A DNA stretch of 62,473 nucleotides, the filler included, from Choristocarpus tenellus KU-1152 (taxonomy: Eukaryota > Protista > Phaeophyceae), in NCBI GenBank assembly GCA_964200185.2. It is 8 parts of 8 records of this genome, joined end to end, with 100 filler letters (N's around TTAATTAATTAA, not from the genome) between each part and the next. Parts side by side here need not be neighbours in the genome. Positions count along the whole stretch, not along the records: positions 30,068 to 54,735 come from CAXNAD020000204.1; positions 54,836 to 58,801 come from CAXNAD020016890.1; positions 58,902 to 62,473 come from CAXNAD020019181.1; 5 more parts are not named here. One strand, 5' to 3'. Shown piece after piece: positions 51,201-62,473 of the stretch. Position 1 is the first letter of the stretch; each line of letters opens with the position of its first letter. The notes beneath the pieces were generated by a model. It worked only from the letters and a program-made list of their open reading frames with translations, was not told the origin of the DNA and searched no databases. The position numbers were made by a program, and so were the translations under genes.

Positions 51201-51849
51201 AACTTGGGAATGGAGGACAGGTTATGGGAGAGCAGCAGGGGGACAGGTGGACAGGGGGAAAGTCCAGAAATTAGGGGGAAGAGACTGACTGGAGGGAGAT
51301 TCAGAAGATGCCTTTGGGCAGGTGAGGGTTGTGGGAGAGGATGGTGGTCCAGTTTATCATAGCTACCGCTAATGTGGATTATAGGTGACAACTAAGGCCA
51401 GGGATCAGTAGGACGGTGGATTTTATGTTGGCAAGGGGAGCGTTTTGGTGTTGTTGACTGGTAAACATTGCGTAGCATTGTGCAGTGACCTGATGGACAT
51501 TGATGCCAAAAATGATGGGTGGAGATAGGAGGGTGATGCTTCAGACTATCTAAGAAGAGTCAGATACCAGGTTTAGCTGTCCTATTGAAAATAAAAGTCT
51601 AAGTCTGAGTCAAAATGTATGTGCAATGTGGGTGGTGATGTAACTGAGATTGTATGGTGGGTGCAGACTATAACTCCATGGAACAAGATTAACTATTATC
51701 ATACAGGGTGAAACAATGAGGTACGAGTATAGTAATATACTGTGCAGGTCAGTGCACAATCGGTGTAAACACTCAGACACTAAAGAAATCCTAGTAAAGA
51801 ACAGAATGATCGTAACAGGGTGATGATTTCTGAACTGTACCTGTATGTC

Positions 51850-52670
51850 ACAAGGATAGTAGCCTATGTTTCAACAAAGTGGAAATTCTAGAAATATATA
51901 TCATGGTTTCTGCAGATGTGTTGCTGGGACCAAAAGAGAATTTTATACCCCTGAAATAACTGGTGTGGGAAGATTTATTCTGCCCACAGCATTTGCCACA
52001 CTTTATTGTTTGCACGGTTTGAAGGATCCTCACAGGCTTCTAACAGCCCGATGCTGCAGGCAGCAAAATGGCTATGGTGGCACCTCCTGTGAACAGTGGA
52101 GCAATGCAGCCCCTGTGGGAGTTGATGGAGGTGTGCCTGGTGGGTGTCTCCCACTGCACTAAGAGTGGCTTCCCATTATTCCATCCCTACATAACCATGG
52201 ACAGTTCTTGCAGCCCCTCATGCATAGGCTTTGGAGCTTGTGCATCTATGTGAGGGGTGTGCCGTGTTGATGTACCCTGATACTTCTGACCAGCACTGGG
52301 GGTGTATCATCACCCATATACACCCAGTAGGGAGGAGATAAATGATATGTTGAACCAGAGGACAAGGCTCATTAGGATTTGAGATTCGTTCGTGGTACTT
52401 TCTGTAGATCCCGATTGTGGTGGGATACACTGAACAGGGCAGGACTTACCATTTTTAGTGTATATCATTACCTGCAGAGGCTGTTGAAGGGCGGGGTTGA
52501 CATTTTCTGTGACCATAGTAACTTGGCTCCATTGTTAACTCCGCATTATGTGCCACAGACCTGGGCACAGGATCTCCTCCATTGGGCTACATTTCTGTGG
52601 CAGTACAACAACACAATCCAACCAATCACTAGTGAATGCACCTGTTGGGGTGAGCTGCTGTCTTCATGAG
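51850..52670 (+). mobile_element. Degenerate Ty3/Gypsy RT-RNase H remnant
   Basis: VLMYPDTSDQHWG; FVRGTF...W; GVDIFCDHSNLA; AQDLLHWATFLWQY...CWGELLS. Confidence 0.8.
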
Positions 52671-54477
52671 TGGCTATTCAGGACCAAGTGCCAATCGGAT
52701 TAGTTCATCTCCAAACACAAGGCCTGCCTCATAGCCAAAGGGGTATACTGAGATCACTGGCATCAATGTTCACAATACCATTGCCTCTGTGGGGTACCTG
52801 GGCACCATTCACACCCTCTTTTCCCTTGCTGCATACCATGACTGGCTCCTGTTTCGAATGGACATCCAGTCAACCTTACTCCAGAGTCCCCTACACGACC
52901 ATATCTTTATCTGTCCTGCCCTGTAGCCAATTCCCAAGGCCAACAACACCAAGTGCAAAGCCTTTTACAGCCTTCATCAAGCCCCCCATTCCTGATACCA
53001 AACTCTCCACCAATCCCACACCACCCATGACCTAACTCTCGGGTTTCCCACCCCTGTGTGTACGCCAGAGAGGGGGGACTGAGATCACCCTCTTTATGTG
53101 GATGACCTGGGTATCACTGGCTACACTCCTGACCTCATCGATACTACCCGTCAGTCGCTTCAACATCTTATTAAGATTCAATACTAATAGCCCTTCAACG
53201 TAGTGAAATGCATGGCACCTTGACGGGTCACCATCATCGACTCCAGATTGGGCATGTGGTACGTGGACGACTCTGAGCAGCTGTTGACAGCAGTGTAGTT
53301 GGTTGACAAAGTCTCCACCCCTTGACATTGAGCAAGGGCATAGAAGGGCTCCTACGCATCGCTTGGGGAAAAATAGCACCTTAAGCAATATCAGCAACCC
53401 CATGAAGCCAACCAGTCAGTTCTGCTTTCTTGGTTGTATAGACCAGGCTTGGTCTTTCTGATCCACACCCCCAACACCACCCACATAGGCTCCACATTCG
53501 AAGGAGGGTCTTGACCCAGGGCCACCCAGAGAACATAATATGTTTATGAACCACATCCTGAAGATGTTGATTTCACCCACTGGCATGCCTGGTCTGGTAC
53601 AGTATGGTGTCAAGGGCAAAGCGACATTTGACATTCCTCCACCTCTGCCTCTATCAGATTGATTCACAGCTTCTCTTTCTCCGCAACAGGGCTCATGTGA
53701 GCTTCATAGCCCACAGTAGCCTCATGAGTCTGCCATTTTTCAGTTGCCTCTTCCACCTTTTTTAAGATTTTTTCCGAGTCCTTGAGTTCAGGAACCCATT
53801 TCATGTTCTGCCACGTGGCGGTTGTGTAAATGGGCTTGAATACTGTAGACTTGAGACCAGCAATGATAACTTGCTTACTGGTGGCCGGGGCATGCAGGTT
53901 GTCTTCCTCATCATCCACCGTTGGCTACCTCCTACAAAGCCCTCTCCAGTTGCGCCTCAGTCTCCTGCTTGCATCAGTGAGCAAAACTGAATCCTGGTAA
54001 GCTCCTTGTAATGATCCTTCAAAGAGAGGTGAATGCTCTGCCATCAAGATTTCAACGACTCACAGTGGCAACATACCCCTTCATTTTGGTTTGGAAGATA
54101 TTTGCTCCTTTTTCGGTCATCATCTCAAGATGAGGTCACTCAAAGTCCACCGTAATCTGTAGCACATGCTTATTGTTAAAACATAACCTACTTATCTTTT
54201 GTGTCATTGATCCGATACAGTATTACCAGTTCATACTGACTGTTGATTCACACATCGGAACTGGTCGTTACTAACATTTCCATCATTTGTACCTCATTTT
54301 TGTTATTATGCCCTCCGACATTTTCCAGATGTGTGAGGGGGAAAACCAATGAAAACTATTCACATGTCAATATAAACCCTCAAGAAGTAAAACATGTCAC
54401 AAATTTGAGAAACACTAATCTATTTGTTATGTTGCTATCTATGTTGTACCATTATTGCCTTCCTGTGCTTCCAATCT

Positions 54478-54580
54478 ACCTATTCCTGCACCCCAGGGTG
54501 AGGAGCCAGGGAAGCATCCTAAGAATCCAACCCCTCCTTGCCCATCTCCCTGGTGACTCCAGTTTAAAACGCATGACGCG
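54478..54580 (+). repeat. Second copy of the SINE/LINE 3'-end-like repeat at 15408-15510
   Basis: Colinear over ~95 bp. Confidence 0.65.
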
Positions 54581-55035
54581 TCTAGACAGTGCCACTTGTG
54601 TTGTTACTGAGACTATTTGATTTAGGTTGGATTTGACTGCCCCTTTCCTGGTATAGCCTCCCGTTCCTCTCCCCCCCACCATGTGTGTAGCCAGCTCATC
54701 CAGGAAACATTCCACTTGCTTGCCGAGGTGCCCAANNNNNNNNNNNNNNNNNNNNNNNNNNNNNNNNNNNNNNNNNNNNTTAATTAATTAANNNNNNNNN
54801 NNNNNNNNNNNNNNNNNNNNNNNNNNNNNNNNNNNTTTCCTTTATGGACTGAACGATGGAGGGGGAAAAGGAGATTGACGGGGATGAAGAGGTTGCCTCT
54901 TTGTGGGGGGGGGATGAACCCTCAGTTCCTGATGCTCCTTGGACATTGGGCAACAAAGCCTTACCAGGTTGATAGCAAAATAGTAGGGTCAAAGAGGGCT
55001 ACTTTGAATGCTCAACTTGGTTTGAGGAGCAGAGG

Positions 55036-55205
55036 CTTCAAGTATCTGGGGGAGGGGTGGCGGCTGTCCATTTGGGGTCAATTTTTCCATGTCGCGATTT
55101 TTGGGTGATTTGGTTGCATACGTCTGATGGATAATGTTAATGCACTTTTCTTGATTTTGACCCAAATGGACACCCTGGTGTAGACCCTCCCCCCCCCAGA
55201 TACAT
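55036..55205 (+). mobile_element. MITE family A copy
   Basis: Colinear with 24571-24744. Confidence 0.9.
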
Positions 55206-56101
55206 CGGGCCAGACCAGTGATGGTGACTGTTGTTGAACCTTCCAAAATGGGAGTCTTCCACGAGATTAGTAGTGTGGAATTTTTTTTGAAGTTCAACAC
55301 CCCCAAAAAGGGACCCACGAAAAACAGGAGGTCTGTCATCATATTGGTCGTCAAAAACGGCAAATGGACGAAATGGGGGCATCTACCACTCACACTTCCA
55401 AGGATGACACATACGAGCTCATCACCCACCTCAAACCAGTTCCACATGTGGGTATACAAGGGGATAATTGAGGTTAGGGTACGATCAACTAAGGTCAGGA
55501 TGACAAGCGTGTCACAAATTGGTGAGAGTGGTTGTTGTGTCAAGTAGGTGACACCCCCCTTTGTTTAACAAATCGCTTTTGGTGGATAGGTGTTGGTGTC
55601 TACAGTATGGGGCTTGTCCCAGTGAACAACTGATACGATCAAACGTTCTGTCTCACCACTCTCACTCAACAACAGTGAGTGAGCGGATGTGCATGGTTTA
55701 ATGTTCCAGTAGAGAGTGCCTAGCAAAATGCCAGAGAAAACATCGCCTACTTGTAGTCTGGTGTATGGTGCATGACATCTGGTTCAAGCTGTTTGTTGGG
55801 CACATACCTCCTAGACTATGTCGGAGGGCCATGTCTCTGACTACCTATATTGAATAAGATCCTTGTTAGAGGTGTACATGGAGGTGAAGGCTTCTGCCAT
55901 CATGCAGGTCCTTGAGGAGCACAAGCTAAAATACCAAATATTGCACAAGTTCATGCACCAGCACCCTCACTTTCTTGTCCTCCTCTTGGTCTGTGTGTGT
56001 TGAACAACACACCATGCATCATCTCACCTCCAATGATACCACACTCAAACTTCCACTCTAATGCATAATTCCCTACTTATGATTTCAGCATTTAATCTCA
56101 A

Positions 56102-56147
56102 GGGTCAAAAACGGACGCCGGTACCCCCCCCCCAGATACTTTGACCC
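56102..56147. mobile_element. 46-bp derivative of MITE family A
   Basis: gggtcaaaa...C10-agatactttgaccc. Confidence 0.55.
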
Positions 56148-57017
56148 CATGGTGTGTTAAAATATCTTTCTCCGGACAGTCCACCAGCATGTCATGAGAG
56201 GGGGCGGCTCCCACATTGAGTAGGGAGGTCACTCGTGGTAGAAACCGGAACCAATGTGGAACCATTCTTGTGCTGTCCAAACATCAGAATACTATAGGAA
56301 CCATGAGATTACCGTACCAATCCATGATTTTTCAAAAAAGACCGTAGCACACATTTACCGTACCGTACTGTGCTATTACTTTTCCCAGAAATTTCCATTA
56401 CGGTACTGCGCAATTTATTTCATTCACGGTAGATCGTACCTTACCTTACCATCATTTTCCAGAATTTCCGCAACTGTGACAAGCCTTGGATATTTTGAAG
56501 CAATGGTATGTCCACCATGAGTGCTCATTTAATAGACCTCTAAGCACGATGGGAAATAGCTGACTTAGGCTTATGCGTGGCAATTTTTATGGCAGAATTT
56601 TGGGAATTTGCGCTCTTTCAGTTTTGTCTCACCATCAGCCTTGTCTTAGCTGTAGATGATGCTGTCGGATCAGCATGCTTGCTAATTCGTGGTAACACAA
56701 GGTGATCATGGTGACTGATGGGTGGGGATTGCAATGAGGAAGCTTGCTTGTGTATTGTAACTCATTTTGTCATGCTTCGAAATAATACTTGCACTTGCTA
56801 ATAATGCAGCATAGGCAGAATATCAATATGTAATGAGTTCACCTTCAGACAATAAACAGACATAGCCTTTGTATGGGTATGCTTGTGTTGAAAACCTTGT
56901 CCTAATTCCTGCTCCATTAATTTTCTTTTATAGAGGGGGGGGGTTTTCGGGCGGACCACTGACTATTTCCGAAATGTCCTACTTTCCCACTGACTTAGAA
57001 ATTGGGTAGTTGACGAA

Positions 57018-57277
57018 GAGCCGAAGTATCTTAGAGGGTAGAGCCGCGTCCATTTAGGGGACAAAATCCAATGTTGCGATTTTGACGTAATTTTGGCTAT
57101 CGTGTTTGTTAAGAAGTGTCAATATCCCTGTTCTGAACACACATTTTCGTTGTGTGTACGTTTTTCTTACTCCAAAACATTTTGGAGTAGGAAAATGTCA
57201 TGAAATTACCCCATGGGAAACCAAGGCCCAAATTGACAAAGAGGGCAAAACTCGTACCCTCTAAGATACTTTCACTC
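57018..57277 (-). mobile_element. MITE family B copy, reverse orientation, flanked by gaa/gaa
   Basis: gagccgaagtatcttagagggta ... taccctctaagatactttcactc. Confidence 0.92.
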
Positions 57278-57520
57278 GAAGCAGTATGACATTACAGTTT
57301 TTTCTTAGACGCACCATACAAATGCCAGTGATTCTAAAAACCCTTTTATATACTGGATCCTAGTGTATATTGGGGCAGAAATTTGTTCCGCAGTTAGCTC
57401 TGTGAGTGTGTGAAGAGGGGACATTCTGGAATTGAAGGGGTTGTGATCGGCAAAAGTAACCAAAATATATATTTGGGCCATAGTACCCTAACCCTAGTAT
57501 CCTAGAGAGGGGGGAGGTTA

Positions 57521-57780
57521 GAGCGAAATTATCTTCGAGGGTACGAGTTTTACCCTGTTTGTCCATTTGGGACTTGGATCCCATGGGGTTTTTTATGATA
57601 TGTTCCTACTCCAAATTGTTTAGGGTTAGGGTAAAATGTATCCGTTATGAAAAGGTGTGTCCGAAACATAGATATCAACACTTCCTTTCAAACATGATAG
57701 CTAAAATTACGTCAAAATCGCAGCATTTGGATTTTGGCCCACAAATAGACACGACTCTACCCTCTAAGATAATGTGGCTC
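57521..57780 (+). mobile_element. MITE family B copy flanked by gtta/gtta
   Basis: Colinear with 24215-24466; degenerate TIRs. Confidence 0.88.
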
Positions 57781-58773
57781 GTTAGACCAGGTCGTACATT
57801 TGAGGCATAACGGAAACATAAAAAACATGCCAGATTGATGCCCGAATCGCTGATGATTCTCCTTCTGATACAGTCCAGTTAGGGGAGTGGAAAGAAGGGT
57901 GCTTCCAGATGAATGAAATTACCCTTGCATCTGACACGTTCACTCAACTATCAAGAAAATCACTACAGGGAAACAAAGGCATGGGATGGAATGGACGCCT
58001 GACCCCCTACTAGGATACTATGTGCCTTCACAGAAATTGATGAAAGGTGGTTAGTGAGTGGATTCGAGCCAAGGAATAAGAGATACAGTGCAGCATCCCC
58101 TTCCAAGTCTAAAAAATACATAGCGAGCACAATACAATGTTGGCATCAATTAGGGTGTTTACATATTGTTATCCAAAAGTAAATCAGATCATGTCCGTTT
58201 TTTGATAAATCAGCACAAACTTTTTAAACTGTTGTTTTCGAAGGGACCTTGCACAGTCTTCCACCTTACAATTTTTCAAGTTACCTGTAAAATGTAAGTG
58301 GTGATAAAATACCACCCCTCGCCCCCCACAACACAACCATCAATAGCTCTTAATGTTCCCATAATAATTGGATTTCTACTGACGGCAAATTGCTAAACTA
58401 CCTACCAAAAGTACTTTGTTGCTCGAAGTCACATGTAATAAGGAGATTTGGGTGTTTTGAAATACAAAATAAATATTTTGTGCCAATTTCTCAAGGCGCA
58501 TCAATGAGCGAACTCATTACGCATTTGCGCAAACACCCCATTATACTGATACAAATAATATTTTTTCGTTGCACCATACGTTAGTTTTTATCCTCCAATC
58601 CTTTCTTATGTTTTGGGATTCTGGGGTTTTGGTAGGTAGGGGTTGGAGTATCCTTTGCTGAATGCCTCCTACTATGACTGAATGTATGGGCACGAGTTAA
58701 TGTATTGCCTGAGAATTCATCCAATCGACCCAGCAGTGGGATGGCATCATCTGCAATGTCCAAAAGTTAGATC

Positions 58774-58801
58774 AGACTAAAAGTATCTCGGGGAGGGGGG
58801 G
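58774..58801 (+). mobile_element. MITE family A end, broken at contig end
   Basis: gactaaaagtatctcggggagggggg immediately before the spacer. Confidence 0.65.
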
Positions 58802-58989
58802 NNNNNNNNNNNNNNNNNNNNNNNNNNNNNNNNNNNNNNNNNNNNTTAATTAATTAANNNNNNNNNNNNNNNNNNNNNNNNNNNNNNNNNNNNNNNNNNN
58901 NCAAGCCTGCCGTCGCTGACGGCGGTGTCGCACTGGGGGGTGATGCGGAGGGGGGGGGCAGGGCGGGGGGGGGGGGGGCAAATTTCCGT

Positions 58990-59810
58990 CCACTTGATCG
59001 CAAACAAATCCATTCTTCTTACCTTTTGCCACGATTTAAGCTTGGGTTTGATCCAGCGGTGATTCGGCATGGCTCTCATATCATCCAACCAGCTGTTTAT
59101 GGTGCTCGTGCTATAATTCAGCCCCTTGGCGGCCATCTTCATTATCACCTGATGCACCGTGTATGACCGATTGTCGGAGTTGATCCTATGTATTGTGGCC
59201 ATCTTCGTTGGTGTGAGCTCCGAAGGCCACCCACTACTTGCCGGCACCCCTAGGTCAAGTGTGTGACAATGGGCGATCTGATCGGTGACGTCCTCCCAGA
59301 GCCCTCACATGTAACGCTTGGACACTTCAAACTCTGCTCCAAGGGCCCGCCCAACATATTGTGGCAGTTTATGCTCACCAGGGACCATCATGAGGGCGTA
59401 CCGCACTGCAAGCGCAACCCTGGTATTAAGGGTCAATTGGGCACCCTTCCTACATGGGGGGGTCAATGGGGGGGTTGCCGTACCGACGTTCTGACCCTCG
59501 ATGCGCCCAGTTCAGGTCTCAAAACCACCCCAAAGACCCCTACTTTGACGTCTTGAAGCACCCCGAGTTTGTACCCGATGATCCTCGACCCCCACCCTTT
59601 TCTGTTTGCTGAGATTACAAACCCGATTTTATTCTGTGGGGTTATCGTCCGATTCGGCGCCGTTCTCGCTTGGCGAGCCCAGATGTTTCTCGGCACAAAC
59701 ATACGGCACAGAGTAGTAGAGCAATTGATCCCTGAACATTGTCCTGAAAATGGGTGGTGTAGACATAGCGTTGTCATCTATACCACCATTTTCAAGATGA
59801 ATGTGGCTGA
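58990..59810 (-). mobile_element. Tc1/mariner-type transposase, N-terminal HTH portion, disrupted and truncated
   Basis: RVALAVRYALMMVPGEHKLPQYVGRALGAEFEVSKRYM*GLW...SGWPSELTP...GLNYSTSTINSWL...IKPKLKSWQKVRR resembles the bipartite HTH, the GRP linker and the KPxL...K.xR motif that precedes the DDD domain. Confidence 0.7.
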
Positions 59811-60106
59811 GCTTTTAGGATTACACTAGTGTGGAGTGCTATACCGAGATGTGAAAAATTTCTAAAGGCATAGTATACTATCAATCGATCGATTGATTAG
59901 CACACATTTGTTCATTGCATGATGCAACGATGCACGAACTTCTGTTTGGTAGTCATTGTCACTGGGGAAAAAAGATAACACACAACATCCTCGGATGCAT
60001 AGTCTGAAACCTGTATAGAAAAAAAAAGTACCCGACAAATAGCAGAGATATACAGAATACAGAAATGTAGAAACCAAATGGCAAGAAAAATGGGAAAATC
60101 GATGAA

Positions 60107-60363
60107 GAGTCAAAGCATCTTAGAGGGTAGAGCCCCGTCCGATTGGGGGCCAAAATCCAATTTTGCGATTTTGATGTAATTTTGGCTATCGTGTTTGTTA
60201 GGAAGTGTCAATATCCTTGTTCCAGACACACCTTTTCATAATGTATATATTTTACTTACTCTGAAACATTTCGGATTAGGTAAAATGTAAAAAATAACTT
60301 TGGGAACTGAAGCCACAAACGGTCGAACAGGGCAAAACTCATCCCTCTAAGATAATTTCACTC
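60107..60363 (-). mobile_element. MITE family B copy, reverse orientation
   Basis: gagtcaaagcatcttagagggta ... ccctctaagataatttcactc. Confidence 0.92.
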
Positions 60364-60599
60364 TGTACCCACACAGCAAATACCAGACCCCCAAAATGTT
60401 GACATATCTTGCACCCCCAACAGCCACCGCACCTGTGCAATAACTGAAGTTAGCCATACCATCTTGAGTGGTAACAATGTGTAAACTTGCACCACTGTGA
60501 TAAATGAAATTTCTCAGTTTTCCACCTTTCTTAAACTCGCCAACTACGTCCTATTCTGGATGTGCAGCCATGTGTCCCATTTCGTTTTGGTCTGAACGA

Positions 60600-61410
60600 G
60601 ACCCACTAAGTTGAATCTGTGCCTCTTGAGTGGCGCTGTATCATTTTTCTCCTCAACCCTGCTCTTCTTTTCTTTCACCCCCCTCAGTCTTACCGTACAA
60701 TCGTTTGACATAGTATGGATATCTTTCCCACAGTGACGGCATTTTCCTCCAAATGTGGGTGTCTGTGACCAGTTCATCACCGCTCTCAACAAACGGCCAC
60801 CAACCCTTGCTGGGTTGCTTGTACCCCCCAGAGAGGTTTTATCCTGTCGCCATCCCCTGTTGGCATAATTTGAGACATTGGGTGACTACTTCCTTGTATG
60901 CAAAAATTTACACCCATCCTCAGTACCAGAAACAGACACACGCACTTAGTAGTGGTCTATTGTTTTGTATGATCTCCACCACTCTCCAGGAGGTTGATTG
61001 TGTATGATACTATCCACTACTCAGAACAAATTGCGGTGGTCTTGACCATGAGGGCAACCTCGTCATCAATCTGTTGGCAACTTATTTTTTGGCATTGACA
61101 ATTGAGACCTTCGACTTCTTCGGTTATCCTCAAGTTCCTATTCTGGTGACCCTCCTTCCCTTCCTCGTTTCCTCCCATGTACCCCTTCCTGTAATCATCG
61201 ACCAAGGTTGGGTACACTGGGGTGGTGCCACCCCTTCGGCACAATCCCAGAAGTCCCCACCCTGGCGTTGCATGATATGGAAGGATAACAAGGCGGACGG
61301 ACACAGTACGAGATCACGTATCTCCCCAATGGGATCCACTTCGATGCCTTACTTGAGTTCACCTTGTCGCAATAACTGATCTATTGCATACGCTGTGTGT
61401 GCTGATACCA
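60600..61410 (-). mobile_element. Degenerate LTR-retrotransposon gag remnant with possible tRNA-iMet primer-binding site
   Basis: Zn-knuckle-like CRHCGKDIHTMSNDC; tggtatcagc on the minus strand at 61401-61410 upstream of it. Confidence 0.45.
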
Positions 61411-61599
61411 ACATATAACACAGTACGTCAGTTTTATATACGCTTATCTTTAGTTTAGTAAAATACACAGAGCAGTAACGTGCATAGCGGTATGATGAGT
61501 CAGTCTTTGACCACACGTTAGGAAATGGATGTCTAAGACGGAAGCCCATCGGATAGTATATAGTGTATGTTAAATATGAAACCCACCATCAGTTCATGG

Positions 61600-62300
61600 C
61601 GATGAGCCTTTCCTGCGTGAAGCTATTCAACACACCCAGCTACCTTACCTCCCAGTGGATTTGAGATCTGAAAGAGAGTGTTTGACTGTAACTACCGTGC
61701 GCCAAAGGAGTCAGTGCGAGAAAGGGGCAAATGTGTGGGCAACCCCACATCCCCTCAAACTAGGAAGGTGGATCCCATCTCCAGAAATCCGCCTTTTTGT
61801 TCATCCTATCTCTTGGGGTAGAGGGGGTAGGTACTAAATAGGTGGTGGTGGTTGGATATAGAAAGCTAGATGCGGGTAATAGGTACGTGCACTTGCCCTT
61901 GCACCGGAGGGAAAGTGCGGAAGCAAAGGCTGACAGTCAGGCAGCTAGGCAGTGTCTGCAGGTAAATGAGCTTCCCTCTCACTCTGAAGGATGGGAGTAC
62001 CTTTACTATTGAACGGAATTTCTGCATATAAATGATGTGGTAATCCATACTATCTGACGCAACCACTACTGCCCCCTAGTGTGAAAAGTGTCTCCTTGAT
62101 GTGGGCTCTGACTTCCAAGTTGACTACTACATAGAAGAATTGTCATTGCATAAAAGTCTCACTACTGCTGCAGCCAGCACCTCCAGGTATTGTCACTACA
62201 AGGGACCCTTTTACCCTTGTAGTTTAACCTCCACACCTTTATGGTGGAAATATTTGACGGTCTCGCCACAAAGGAAGCACAAGGGATAGGTATACAAACT
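61600..62300 (+). mobile_element. Degenerate RLE-type non-LTR retrotransposon 3' region
   Basis: RQRSQCEKGANVW...IPSPE; TCPCTG; LLDV...AAAS...HYKGPF...VEIFDGL; same motif order as 21316-21500. Confidence 0.6.
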
Positions 62301-62423
62301 TCAAATTCTTTCTTGTACCTCTGGGATAAGGTGATGATTCGCCAATTAATCAACTGTTTCTACTCCGTTTTATCAGTCTTCGCATCACTCATTTGGTTCC
62401 TGTCAAGATTGTTGCTCCATTTT

Positions 62424-62473
62424 GATCCAAAGTATCTGGGGGGGAGGGGGGGTCTACACCTGGGTGTCCATTT
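62424..62473 (-). mobile_element. MITE family A end (truncated by window end)
   Basis: gatccaaagtatctggggggagggggggtctacacctgggtgtccattt is the reverse complement of the right end of 24571-24744. Confidence 0.85.

Noticed and set aside
53416-53500. GGVDQKDQ resembling the piggyBac GGVDxxDQ motif
   Set aside because: No other piggyBac motifs, TIRs or TTAA seen; surrounding frames look more like decayed gag/protease, and neither is supportable
58581-58749. Possible terminal exon DDAIPLLGRLDEF...
   Set aside because: An acceptor is present but there is no homology or upstream exon within the contig
1-62473. Fanzor/TnpB, viral hallmark genes, tRNA or rRNA genes
   Set aside because: No RuvC/Zn-ribbon, capsid, polymerase or cloverleaf signatures recognised by eye; decayed copies cannot be excluded without HMM searches

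Overview
Eukaryotic, intron-rich and repeat-dense DNA, made of 8 contigs joined by seven artificial 100-nt spacers (N44-TTAATTAATTAA-N44), so adjacency across spacers is not guaranteed. TTAGGG motifs, splice style and TE protein motifs suggest a brown alga or close stramenopile relative (inference only). Host genes that can be supported are two spliced exons of a phosphatidylinositol-4-phosphate 5-kinase (minus strand), 13 phase-compatible exons of a coiled-coil GRIP-domain golgin (minus strand), and a tentative two-exon unknown gene. Most of the rest is transposon debris: a relatively young Ty1/Copia element lacking its integrase core, older Copia and Gypsy remnants, two RLE-type non-LTR remnants, a mariner 5' fragment, two related MITE families, a foldback element and several minisatellites. 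The most unusual observations are (1) a 510-bp TG...CA unit with ~100-bp terminal inverted repeats exactly where the Copia 3' LTR should be, (2) near-total CpG depletion in gene-body introns with an undepleted island at the golgin 5' end, (3) telomeric hexamers inside interstitial repeats, and (4) a 78-bp palindrome-rich tandem array. I saw no CRISPR, Cas, TnpB/Fanzor or RNA gene. All alignments and counts were made by eye.
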